A stretch of 63,972 nucleotides of DNA, counting the filler, from Chrysochromulina tobinii (taxonomy: Eukaryota): the NCBI GenBank assembly GCA_001275005.1. It is 6 parts of 6 records of this genome, joined end to end, with 100 filler letters (N's around TTAATTAATTAA, not from the genome) between each part and the next. Parts side by side here need not be neighbours in the genome. Positions count along the whole stretch, not along the records: positions 31,162 to 54,418 come from JWZX01000796.1; 5 more parts are not named here. One strand, given 5' to 3'. Below the pieces are notes generated by a model. It saw only the letters and a program-made list of their open reading frames with translations, did not search any database and was not told where the DNA came from. Below are positions 43,201 to 52,745 of this stretch, one piece after another. Numbering within the stretch: the first letter of the stretch is position 1; each line of letters begins with the position of its first letter. The position numbers and the translations under genes are program-made.

Positions 43201-44109
43201 TGGCGCCGCCTCCGCCGTACCCGGCGCCGCCTCCTCCTTCGGCGCAGGACGCTCGACGCCGCCAGACTCGAAGAAGCGCACAGCCTCCGCCTCGCTCCAG
43301 AAGACCATGTCGTCGGTGATCTCCAGGTCCGTGGCATTGGCGGCTTCGGCGAGCTCGAACAACCGCTCAAGGGTCATCTCTTCTGCCGCCCCCTCCTCCG
43401 CCTCTTCCTCCGCCTCCTCCGGCGCGGCCTCGTCAAACATGCCCGCGAAGGTCCCGCCGTCCATCTGGCGCGCGAGCTTACGCGCCATGAGTTCGGAGCC
43501 GACCGGGCTCGTCATCTGCGAGCTGTCCGGCCACTCGGGCTGCCCAGTCTGGCGCGCGATCTTACGCGCCATGAGCTCGGTGCCGATCGGCGAGGTGAGC
43601 TGATTCGAGTCGCCCGTGAGCGAGTCGGGCGCGCATTCCGCACGCTCGTCGCACGGTGAGGATGGGATGAGCAGTTCGCTGAGCGCGGGCGGGCCATTGC
43701 TGCCGGCCGCGTCACCCGAAACGATTCCACGGATGTCCTCTGCCGCGGGTGGCGCGCCGGGGTTCAGGCTTGACATGTCAATGGAGAGCCCAGGGCCTTC
43801 CGCGCTCTTCGCGGGGGAAAAGAAGATTAAGTTGTTCATGTCACCGCCATCGGTCGACGGCGCCGGCGCAGGAGGGGCGGCGAACTCGACCGGCGCGTTC
43901 TGCCAATCAGGCGATGATGACGGCGACGGGTCTGCTGCTCCCAGCAGTTCGCTGATTAAGGTGGCGGCCGGCGCGTACTCAGCGCCTGACTGGTCTGCAG
44001 CCTCCAACAAACCGCCGCCGAAATCCAACGGCGTGGCCGAGGGCGGTGGCGCGTGTGCTTCTTCTATCGGCATCAAAACTGACGTGGCGTGTGTGAAGAT
44101 GTTTCGCAT
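40201..44109 (-). CDS. Large acidic repeat protein with an EF-hand pair and a C-terminal PH domain
   Basis: EF loops DADDTTTLDFDEF and DLDGSGTVDLAE; PH pattern RFFALRRDGLLAWY...GTLDV...FRIVT...KWQEAL; several tandem repeats. Confidence 0.7.
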   Translation of the reverse strand: MRNIFTHATSVLMPIEEAHAPPPSATPLDFGGGLLEAADQSGAEYAPAATLISELLGAADPSPSSSPDWQNAPVEFAAPPAPAPSTDGGDMNNLIFFSPAKSAEGPGLSIDMSSLNPGAPPAAEDIRGIVSGDAAGSNGPPALSELLIPSSPCDERAECAPDSLTGDSNQLTSPIGTELMARKIARQTGQPEWPDSSQMTSPVGSELMARKLARQMDGGTFAGMFDEAAPEEAEEEAEEGAAEEMTLERLFELAEAANATDLEITDDMVFWSEAEAVRFFESGGVERPAPKEEAAPGTAEAAPWMDEAAPGTAEAAPGMEEAAPGTAEAAGTKAQPAAKGDFKRKIKNRLDEFMQADADDTTTLDFDEFRQMHEERCAKESLPDPTEKELKELFLRLDLDGSGTVDLAEYVQYALREEQAAAAAASAAAKVAAASAEAKVAAAEDPPTEHEAAPEPPNMAMEQPVVVVRRLAPNEEAALHAAMQKAVEEEEGETVEETVEEGETVDETVEEMEEEKEAVEKEEEEEKETVEEKEAAEEAAEEAAEEAAEEAAEEAAEEAAAGTEEEAPEEVTVAAVSEETTPEPESILCGALGPSWTRGELERPVGTKDMGGWTAAVYTEEQQARLGVKEDGTKDVHTEKDVPVQAAAEEPFPTRVQVRLGRGWQVVGAGDTERDEPPVEGLLSAEMSAVEGLDFALPGAPVESSPELAVGPESEPAAPAAEPISEPISESISESEPAAPAAEPISESISESISESEPAAPAAKRISESISESISESEPAGAEPTSAFGDELEESSVAPMTPEGSGTEPSAFPPILGFGSSGDLLGDTSFVSMLSDNTFSSSARWSDAELPSAAGDGGNSALGGDAFDDSFGDGGSAFGVPPAAFAGMPASFDAAPATLDSTPVSFDTAPNAFAAAPAAAFDAAPASFDSVDSTAGMPSPFTAAMPSPFPLHEFTDVHAESPAPMNLAPGPAFDAARFDEAPASFDAARFDEAPASFDAARFDEAPASFDAARFDEAPASFDAARFDEAPASFDAARFDEAPASFDVAPFDEAPASFDAAPFNEAPASFDAAPFDEAPVPFDAAPFNAAPMVVVQPAPLSAKKPAPLLRGESFFGAAPASFAFAEAPVAVPVDTPAEVTSPPPAQAPVAPVEPVPPPPPPPKPAPDSASLSQVLSKPKPPAKPLAQPAAKADVASLSADDAIAFCGWSHSKGKLYGLALRFFALRRDGLLAWYDGKPKAKGLKLSGTLDVRHIIEIKRDFPEKPSDFSFRIVTSGTALSVDPSTKTNFDKWQEALLAAMNPR
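40845..41195 (-). repeat. 36-bp coding tandem repeat (FDEAPASFDAAR) x~9
   Basis: Repeated gcgcggcatcgaacgaagccggcgcttcgtcaaa units. Confidence 0.92.
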
Positions 44110-44277
44110 ACAAACATTGGCTGTGAAAACAACTCCGGGGGTGTTGACTAATTAGCGTGCTTGCTTGTTCACCACAGCCCTGCCCGGCACTACGGTTTTC
44201 AGGATTCCGCACAGCCCCACGCGAGATCGTCCCGTGGTCGAGTTGAACGTGCTGGCTGGACGAGCAAGCGAGGCTTG

Positions 44278-45324
44278 ATGCTACCTCCTTTGGCCTTCGC
44301 TTCCGTCTTGCACTGGGTGCCACGGGCGCGCATCGTGATGAGAGGGCCCGTCGGTCCCCATCCGGTGCCCGAGATAGAATCTTTCCTATCCGACGTGGCG
44401 CTCACCGTGCCGCCGCCTGCTTTGTCCAGCCTCGTCGGGTTGCTGATAGGCAGCGGTGAAGAGGTGCTGACGCCCGGTGCCGACGCGACGCTGCATCCGC
44501 TGCTCGTGCCGCTGACCAGGCGGCCTGAGGACGGCGAGGTCACTGGATTGCTACGCTGGCCGGCCGCTGGAGGTGGCGGCTCGAAGATGCCAGTAGTTCG
44601 CACGTATGGCCGGCAGCTCGAGCTGCTCGCCGATTGCACGGAACACTTTGTCGCCAAGGCGGCCGTGGACGCGGATGCGAGCGGCGCGCCCGACGCGGCA
44701 GAACTCGCGAAGCTCGCCGCGAATGCGACGGGTTTGACCTATGAGGCAGGCATGGCCGGAAAGTTTCCAGGCGGCGTGCCCGGCTACCTTGTAACGAAGG
44801 TGGGCCCCTTCATGTCCGCCTACAAGCAGCTGGCGCTCAAGCACGCTGAGGGAGGATCCCTCGAGGCCGCGCTCATCACGTGCGAGCGCACGCAGCGATC
44901 CTTCCAGGCATGGGGACATCCGTATGCCTTTCACAGCCGGTTGCTCGCTCGAGCGAATCGTGTGGAGGAGGCGCGCGACATGGCGCGCTTTGCGCTCGGG
45001 CTGCCGCTGTGGACGCTGGGAGACGACGTGGCCGAGCTGTGCGGGCTGGCCCAGACGTCGACCACCGAGCTCGCCACCTCGCTGCGAGAGAAGGCCGATG
45101 GCAAGCTGAGCTTGGAGCAGAGGCGAGCTCAGAATGGGATGGAGCAGCGTACACCCGCGCAGATTGCAAAGGACCGCGCGTCGTACCTGCTCGACCTGGT
45201 CGTCGCCTCTCCGGGCGAGTACAGCTGGGAGGGCGTGCGCGCTGAGCTGGCGAGCCTCTACCGAGCAGCCGGCATGCCGAGCATCGCCACATTTGTGAGC
45301 AGCCCAACAGCCGGCGTGAACTGA
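44278..45324 (+). CDS. PAB: PAB-like (Protein in chloroplast ATPase Biogenesis) assembly factor
   Basis: LHPLLVPL...GLLRWP...MPVV, YLVTKVGPF, ALITCE...F..WG.P..F...LL, EARD.AR.AL..P.WTLG; hydrophobic N-terminal signal-like peptide. Confidence 0.75.
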   Translation: MLPPLAFASVLHWVPRARIVMRGPVGPHPVPEIESFLSDVALTVPPPALSSLVGLLIGSGEEVLTPGADATLHPLLVPLTRRPEDGEVTGLLRWPAAGGGGSKMPVVRTYGRQLELLADCTEHFVAKAAVDADASGAPDAAELAKLAANATGLTYEAGMAGKFPGGVPGYLVTKVGPFMSAYKQLALKHAEGGSLEAALITCERTQRSFQAWGHPYAFHSRLLARANRVEEARDMARFALGLPLWTLGDDVAELCGLAQTSTTELATSLREKADGKLSLEQRRAQNGMEQRTPAQIAKDRASYLLDLVVASPGEYSWEGVRAELASLYRAAGMPSIATFVSSPTAGVN

Positions 45325-45677
45325 CGAAACACGCCGCCGAGAGTATGGCAGAGGCTGAGGGCCGAGAGACAGGCGCGAGACGTCGAGGGCCGAGAGACAG
45401 AGGGTCGCGACGAAAGGATGATGATGCGACGTGATGCATTGATGCATACGAGCTTGGTACCCTTCCCTGCAATGTATGGTCAGAAGTAAACGATGTGTTG
45501 CGGCGGGTGTGTGTATACCAGTCACGCAGGTGCCAGCTGCGATTAGGGACAAAATGTGAACTCTGACGTCACTTCACGGTGCAGAGGGTGGTTACAGGAA
45601 GGAGTCTAAACTTACGAACATGTTTTTGCCGATTTTATCAAAAGGCGCACATACACTGCGCCGAAGAAGCAGGAGCG

Positions 45678-46810
45678 ATGCCACAGGAGAAGCCGGCATG
45701 GATGGAATACGCTAGGGAGCTCAAGATTATGCGCGCGGATACCCGCGGAAAGCATAATAATGAGTTCGCGTCGAAGAACATGCTCGATGAACTTTTTGAC
45801 AACGCAGATGGACCCGACAAGGCTGGTATGGGAGTGCTCACATTCATCGAGATAAAAAAGGCTCTGATGGATGAGTTGAATGATCGGACGCGCCTCAAGA
45901 ACTCCGACAACCTCGTGCAAGAGACCGTGATAGAGGCCTTGCGACGCGCATTCAACGCCACTAAGAATATGGTCGCTCAGGGAGGAGATCCCAATACGCT
46001 CGATCGTGAGGAGATGCGCATAATGCTCGTCTACCTGGTACGCGTGCTTGAACCCATGGCGCTCCCTGCAAAGATACAGCGGCACCAGCCACGCTGTCGC
46101 ACCATGCCCGCCGTGAGTGAGCCTCGCATCTGATCCCAATCGGTGCGGGAATGACTGCAGGAGCGTTTCTTTCAGCTCCTCGACATGTTCAACGTGATCG
46201 AGCTCGATAAAGGCAAGCCAGCCACGTTCAAGCAGGGCGGCAATGAGATGCCAGTGTGTGTCCGTGAGAAGGACTTTGCATTGGCAATCCCTGTCGTCAG
46301 GTCATGGGGCGTGACCATCGAAGGCAGGGCCCCTGATATTTTTGCGGAGCTCAACAAAGGTAGGCTTTCAAGTCGGCGAACCAATCACAATCCTTCTCTA
46401 TGGGCTTCCAAGAATGATTCCTGACTCTGTTGCCGCAACTCCACCGCAACTCCTCAGGTCTCGGAAAGATGGGTTTTGACGAGTTCGCGCACTGGGCGCT
46501 CAAGACCAGCCTCGGATTCGGCGAGGCAGCGATCGGCAACACCGCGGTCTCTTTCGCTGCAATTCTCACGCCGGAGCAGCAGGCGCGTTATGATGGGCTC
46601 CAGTACAAGAGCGTCCAGCAGAAGGAGGCGGAGGAAGCAAAGGCGTTGCTGGAAGCGGGGATCAGCGGCGCGAAAGCACAGATGGCAAAGAACGCGGCCG
46701 ATAAGCAGGCCGCAATGGACCTGCTCAAGGTGCTCAAGCCAGGAGACCGGGGGTACCCCACGGTCGCAGCCCGTGGGGCCCCGCCCTCCTCACTCGCCGG
46801 CCGGCAATAA
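45678..46810 (+). CDS. Flagellar calcium-binding protein (calflagin/FCaBP)-like, degenerate EF-hands (introns 46038-46160, 46360-46457)
   Basis: Both GT-AG introns join three track ORFs in frame: ELFD..D....G.LTF.EI...RRAFNATK...LDREEMRIMLVYL|ERFFQLLDMF...WGVTIE...IFAELNKG|LGKMGFDEFAHWAL. Confidence 0.7.
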
Positions 46811-46953
46811 ACTAGACAACAGGAGGACCGATGCCATCGGAGAGACGAGAAGAGGTCAGGAGAAGAGAAGGCAGAGCGTCTCCGAGCGACGGGGCGATGC
46901 TGCGCGAAGCTACATGAGCCGTGCAGTGCTGAAGACTCCGGCACGCGATGTCC

Positions 46954-46960
46954 CTCTCTC

Positions 46961-46993
<33 letters not shown>
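46954..46993. repeat. (CT)n microsatellite
   Basis: ctctctct... run in the 3' intergenic region. Confidence 0.9.
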
Positions 46994-46997
<4 letters not shown>

Positions 46998-47479
46998 TCC
47001 CCGGCCCCGCTGCGGGCGCGATGGCCTATCGGGGCCGATTCCGATGTGGTGTCGGAACCGGATGCACTCGACAGAGTGTGGTGAGACGTGAGTCGCAGAG
47101 TGCCATAGAAGGAGCAAGGACGTTCGTGATTTATGATTGATTGAGCAAGCGATGTGGCCGTTGAGGCCTCACGCGGTCAGGGGAAGGGCAGACAGCGAAA
47201 AAGCTCGAAACGACGGGACCGGCCGCCGCACGCGCGCGCCGGGCGCGCCGGCCGCGGCGCGGCGCGTTTCGCGTGACCCGACACCCGACCGTGCACGAGC
47301 CCACGGACCGTGAAAGTACCACGGAACTGAGCGACCCCGACCGGTTTCTCTTCCGATTCTCATGTGACAATCGAATTATGTGATCTTGTCGTGAATCCGT
47401 TTGAATGCGCTGTATCGCGGCTACAAAGAAATAGGTACCGCAGCGCGGTGGCTTGCACTTACTTACGCGGTGGCACGCG

Positions 47480-48564
47480 TCACGGGGCGTCACGCGAGGA
47501 TACCCGAGCTGGCCCCTGCTGCCAGGTGGGCAGAGCGCTGTTGACTATGGCGTAGACACGATCGCATAGCTCGCCCTCCTCAAAGCCTTGGCCGGCGACG
47601 TGGATGGGCGGATGCACGATCACGCGCACGCCCTTGGGCACGTCGAGCGGCAGCAGCGACCCTTTTGGATACCATTGGGCGAGCTCACAGATGGAGATGG
47701 GCACAATGGGCGTGTGCGCACGCAGCGCCATCTTAAAAGGCCCTCGCTTGAAGGCCATGATTTTGCCGTCGGTGCTCCGACCCCCTTCGGGGAAAGTGAT
47801 GAACGAGCTGCCGGCCTCGAGCGCCTTGACCGTCTCTTTGAAGGTCTCGAGCTGCGATCTCCGAGATTCCGTCTGGAGCGGGATGTGTTGTGCGAGCCTC
47901 ATGGACCAGCCAATGATTGGGATCTGGAGGATCTCCTTCTTAGAGACGTATTTCATCGGGCGCGGGATGAAACCTAGAGCACATCGCACGCGGCGCGGAG
48001 CTCAGCACACCGAGAGAGCCCAGCGCACGCATGCGGCATGCACGGGAAGCAAGCGACGCCGCAGTGCAGCAGGCTGCCGCTTGCACCAGTCAGCGTGAGA
48101 ATGTCGAGGAAGGAGGTGTGATTCGGAATATACAAGGCCGTGCCGATGCCTTCGAGGTTCTCGAGGCCGACCACCTCCGGTATGTAGCCGCATGCCGTCA
48201 TCGAAGCCCTTGCCCAAAAGTGGATAACCCAGTCAACCCCGCGACAGCGATGATGCTCATCGAAGTGCTGCGACCAGAGGTGCGCGATCAGCACGGGGAT
48301 TTGCACGAAGAAGGCGGTGCTGAAGACGGAGAAGCCCATGAGCATCCCGCTCAGCGTGAGTGTATGGCCTTGGAAGGTGATGAAGTGCCGTGGCACCACC
48401 TTGGGAGCTGGCACGAGCACCGCCTTTGCTATCGGACCGTGCGGATATCGTGGTAGCCCCACGCGTGCCTGTGCAGCCAGCCGGATCGGAACGGTTCTGA
48501 AGCCGCTGCACGAGTGCTGTCGCGCGAGGAGCGCGAGCAGCAGTAGAGAGCGGTGCCTCAACAT
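47480..48564 (-). CDS. plsC: 1-acyl-sn-glycerol-3-phosphate acyltransferase (LPAAT/PlsC, probably plastid; intron 47974-48086)
   Basis: NHTSFLD (HxxxxD), KYVSKKEI..IPIIGW, FPEGGRS.DG...FKRGPF; signal-peptide-like LLLLALL; the intron joins LTG to FIPRPMK. Confidence 0.9.
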
Positions 48565-48798
48565 TTTTTCGGGCATTTGCTCCGCGCGTGCCGCTCGCTC
48601 GCCTTCGGCCGCTGCCCGCCGCCTGTTGCAGTCACCATGCGGCGCGGACATCTCGATCGCTTCCCGGGTGATCTCGGACATCTCGAGATGTCCCAGCAGA
48701 GTCCGTGAAAGTCGTGTCGCGCGGTTCAACCGCTTCGCCGCCTGTTGGACGAATCACCGCATGACGCGTTTTTTTTTCACGCCTGTCTTGATTTCGCG

Positions 48799-50040
48799 AT
48801 GCGCTGGTCACGCCTGGCATCGGCGCACCGCTCCCTCATGCACCGCGGCCTATGCACGGCGTCGAGCGAGTCGGTGCTCATCGCAGCGCCGCCCAGGATG
48901 CGTGTCGTCGACCTGCACCGTCCTGCGGCGCTGAACGCTCTGAACCATGAGATGGTGGCCACGTTGCTCCCGCTCGTCCAGAACTGGCAGCAGATCGATG
49001 GAGACGTGAAGCTCGTGGTGTTCCGCGGCGCGGGAGAGCGCGCCTTCTGTGCGGGCGGCGACATCCGCTTCCTGCGCAAGTGCGCCATGAGCGGCACTCA
49101 CGAGGGCCGTGCGCCCGCGATCGCCTTCTTCAAGGAAGAGTACACGCTCAATCACGCCATCGGCACGAGTCGCACGCCCATCGTCTCGATTCTGAATGGC
49201 ATCGTGATGGGTGGTGGCGTAGGCCTCTCGGTGCACGGCCACGTCCGCGTGGCCACCGACACGACCATCTTCGCGATGCCAGAGACGGGCATCGGCTTCT
49301 TCCCGGACGTTGGCGGCACCTACTTCTTGCCGCGGCTTCGTGGCTCACTTGGCATGTACCTCGGGCTCACGGGGGCGCGGCTGCGCGGCCGAGACCTGCT
49401 GACCGCCGGGGTCGCAACGCACTTCGTCCCCGCCGAGCGCATCGATGCGCTCGAGATGCTGCTGCTCGAGCTTGCGGGTAAGACGGCAGGTAAGACCAAC
49501 ACGCTCGAGTCCAACCAGGATTTTGTCGATTTGGAGGTGCTGCGCCGCGCGATCAGCACCCTCGATCAGCTCGCGCCGGCCTCCGCGTATACGTCGGCGT
49601 CCTCGCCGCCGATCAAGCTCAGTGAGCAGATGCTCGCCGAGATTGACGAAACGTTCTCCTTGGGCGAGGTGTGGGAGATCGTGGCGGCTGTCCAGCGCCT
49701 CGCGGGCACAGCCGTTGGGCCGGAGCACTGGGCGGTCGCAGCGGCCAATGAGCTCTCGCGCGCCTCCCCCACCTCCCTCATCGTCACGCATGAGGCACTC
49801 AAGCGTGGCAAGGCGTGCAAGTCGCTCGCCGCGTGCTTGCAAATGGAGTTCCGCATCGCCCAACGCTTTCTCAAGCACCCCGACTTTGTGTCGGGTGTCG
49901 GTGCCGTGCTTAGTAAGGGGGCCGAGCCAGCGAGCTGGTCGGCGCCGCCGTCAAAGGCGGAGCTTGAGGAATGGTTCGTTACGGGCGAGGGCGGCGATCT
50001 CGTGCTGTATGGCCCCGGAGCTGCTCGCGCTGGTAGCTGA
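48799..50040 (+). CDS. HIBCH: 3-hydroxyisobutyryl-CoA hydrolase, mitochondrial
   Basis: RPAALNALN, RAFCAGGDI, FFKEEY.LN, GIVMGGGVGLSVHG, FAMPETGIGFFPDVG, SPTSL.VT, MEFRIA...DF..GV.A. Confidence 0.93.
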   Translation: MRWSRLASAHRSLMHRGLCTASSESVLIAAPPRMRVVDLHRPAALNALNHEMVATLLPLVQNWQQIDGDVKLVVFRGAGERAFCAGGDIRFLRKCAMSGTHEGRAPAIAFFKEEYTLNHAIGTSRTPIVSILNGIVMGGGVGLSVHGHVRVATDTTIFAMPETGIGFFPDVGGTYFLPRLRGSLGMYLGLTGARLRGRDLLTAGVATHFVPAERIDALEMLLLELAGKTAGKTNTLESNQDFVDLEVLRRAISTLDQLAPASAYTSASSPPIKLSEQMLAEIDETFSLGEVWEIVAAVQRLAGTAVGPEHWAVAAANELSRASPTSLIVTHEALKRGKACKSLAACLQMEFRIAQRFLKHPDFVSGVGAVLSKGAEPASWSAPPSKAELEEWFVTGEGGDLVLYGPGAARAGS

Positions 50041-50278
50041 GGAGCCCTCCATTGCCGGGGCTCGGTCCCGGACTCCGCATCCCCCGTCTGGTTCCTTGCT
50101 GGATGATGCTCCTGGTTCCATGATGGTGTTTAACTGAACTTGAACCTGAACTTTAACTGTTTAAGGTTACATGTTTCGCTTCACACCCCAACTTTGAGGT
50201 CGTCGGCACCACGTGGCCGTCGCGTGGCTCTGCGGATTCTGCACACACATTGCTACACGCGCGGTCGTCGTTTGCCTC

Positions 50279-51988
50279 ATGGCTAAGGAAGAAAAGGGGA
50301 AAAAGGAACCGAAGGTCGACGCAGAGCCAACGGCCGAAGCGCCTGCGGCTGCCGCTGATGACGAAAGCAAGACTGCACCCGGGGAGGTGAAGCCGGTGCC
50401 CAGGCCGAACGAGGACGAGCTCAAGGAAAAGATCGAAGAGATGAACGCCAAGATCAACACCTTGCAGGCGCGGATGACGACGATCAAGGAGACTCTCGAC
50501 GCGCGGGAGTCGGGCAAGGGCGAGACGCCCGAGGTGCAGAAGAGCAAGGCCCTCATGAACAGCTCAAAGACGGAGGCTCGCCGCCTTGCGCAGGAGCGGC
50601 GCAACATTTACGATCAGATTAACGCCGCCGACGCTCAGAAGAAGCATCAGCAGGAGCTGGCGCAGCGGCTCAAGTCGCAGCTCACCTACTTCTCGGTGGA
50701 CGAGGTCGACCGCAAGATCAAGGCCCTGGAGCATCAGCAGCAGACCACCTCGATGGCCGTCAAGGACGAGAAGAAGATCCTCGAGGAGATCAAGAAGCTC
50801 TCGGCGAACAAGCCGATGATCCGGCAGTACGACGAGGCGCGCGAGTCTCTCAAGGGGGTGAGCGAGCACCACGCGACCCTGTACGCGCAGCTCAAGGCCA
50901 AGGCCGCCGAGCTCGAGGTCGTCAAGGAGCAAGAGGATAAGTACAAGGCGGAGCTCGATGCAGCCAAGGCCAAGGAGGAGGCCAAGAAGACGGACATCCC
51001 CGGCCTGTTCAAGGAGCGCGACGCGATCCGTAAGGAGATGTCGGACCACCGCGACGCGATCAAAAAGCTGCGCGACGACTTCAACGAGAAGCGCAAGGAG
51101 TGGGAGAAGTACCAGAAGATCGTGCGCGACCAGAAGCAGAAGGAGTGGAAGGAGCGGCAGGAGGCACGGCAGAAGGAGTACGAGGAGCAGAAGCGCCTGT
51201 ACGAGGAGGAGGAAGCCAAGCGCGACCCGTGGGAGGAGGAGAAGATCATCTGCGAGCAGCTCATCGTGTACTGCGCCAAGTACCTGCCGAAAAAGGAGGC
51301 CGAGACCGAGGCGCCCAAAGAGATGGTCGTCGAAAAGGGGGCCAAGATTGTCAAGAAGGCCGAGCTCGAAGATGACTGGGGTGGGCTGATGAAGAAGAAG
51401 TCGAAATCCAAGGGCGGAGCCGGGCCGACCCCTGCGGCGCCCAAGTCCGTCACGCTCAAGCACTCGCCGACGGACTTGACCCTCTGGCTCAAGCTCGGAG
51501 CGCTCGGTGACAAAATCGAGCTCGCCGCTCCCGCGGATTCGTCTGAGTGCCCTGCTCTCCATGAGAAGCTCCTCGCGAAGCGTGAGTGGCTGGCGAAGGC
51601 GCCACCCAAGCCGAAGCCGAAAAAGGCCGAAAAGCCCAAGGAGGAGGAGAAGCCCAAGGAGGAGGAGGAGGAGGCCTCCAAGGGGGAGGAGACTGACGCT
51701 CCCACGGCCCCTCCCGCCGCACCGGCCGCACCGGCCGAGGAGCCGGCATTCGACCTCAAGGCGCTCAAGGAGCAGGAGGCGGCGGAGATGAAGAAGAAGA
51801 TTGAGGAGAACGCTCTCAAGGCCAAGCAGAAGGAGAAGGAGGAGGACGAGAGAATCGCCAAGATGCAGGCGCTCGAGGCCCAGGGCGTCAAGGTGGCGGG
51901 CGGCATGCACAAGTTTGACGCATCCGAGGTCGACGTGCACGGCGGCAACGCGACGGCCGACGACTTCTTGGATGCGTTTGGCATGTGA
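50279..51988 (+). CDS. BFR1 / proton-pump-interactor-like coiled-coil protein
   Basis: RPNEDE, SVDEVDRKIKALEHQQQTTSMAVKDEKKILEEIKKL and DPWEEEKIICEQLIVY are typical of the BFR1/PPI family. Confidence 0.65.
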   Translation: MAKEEKGKKEPKVDAEPTAEAPAAAADDESKTAPGEVKPVPRPNEDELKEKIEEMNAKINTLQARMTTIKETLDARESGKGETPEVQKSKALMNSSKTEARRLAQERRNIYDQINAADAQKKHQQELAQRLKSQLTYFSVDEVDRKIKALEHQQQTTSMAVKDEKKILEEIKKLSANKPMIRQYDEARESLKGVSEHHATLYAQLKAKAAELEVVKEQEDKYKAELDAAKAKEEAKKTDIPGLFKERDAIRKEMSDHRDAIKKLRDDFNEKRKEWEKYQKIVRDQKQKEWKERQEARQKEYEEQKRLYEEEEAKRDPWEEEKIICEQLIVYCAKYLPKKEAETEAPKEMVVEKGAKIVKKAELEDDWGGLMKKKSKSKGGAGPTPAAPKSVTLKHSPTDLTLWLKLGALGDKIELAAPADSSECPALHEKLLAKREWLAKAPPKPKPKKAEKPKEEEKPKEEEEEASKGEETDAPTAPPAAPAAPAEEPAFDLKALKEQEAAEMKKKIEENALKAKQKEKEEDERIAKMQALEAQGVKVAGGMHKFDASEVDVHGGNATADDFLDAFGM

Positions 51989-52745
51989 GCGGCGCCGGAC
52001 AGCGGGACCAGCGAGACGAGCAAATACTGTGGTGGGCGTAGCATGTATAGCGGAGCATTATTTGGGGACTTTCTCATTCGTTCGGTCCGTGATCTCGTGA
52101 AGTTTGTGTTCATATATCGTTAATAATTATGCGCACTTCATTCAATTCCCCAACTGACAACGACGTCGTACAGGTGCGGTTGCGCCTATAAACATGAAAA
52201 GTCGTAGTACCACAAGGTAGTAGACCGCCGCTCCCACTTCGCACTTGTGCGGCCCCCGTTGGGTCAACCATTCAATTCCCAAACAGGTGTAGGTGGTTGG
52301 GCCCTTATAACGCATGAACAATACTTGTAGTCCAGCGCCACTCCCCGCCCGTTGGGTCAAGTTTGAAGATATTGAAGTTATGACGTGTATGGGACTTTGG
52401 GCATGGATCTTTGGAGAGGAAGACAGGAAGTCGAGTGGAGAGAAAACCACAATACTCACTCGCAAGAGAGGCGGATCATTTTGGCAACGACTCGTACTCG
52501 ACTGACGACTCGTCTCGACCTTGGTGCTTGGTCGTCGACGGTGTTTACAAATTGCGTTCCCAGCCCAAAAAGGGATTTCCCTGTCGTTCAAAAGAGATCT
52601 GAGAGTCCACACAAGCCGCTTTTAACCTCCACAAACACGCACCGCTGATGTAATTCACACAGTTGACCGATCATTCACACCTCCAGAGTTTGCGAACACG
52701 TGGAGCGCTCGACCCCGGAAGACTGCACCCCTGTTCGTCTGGCCA

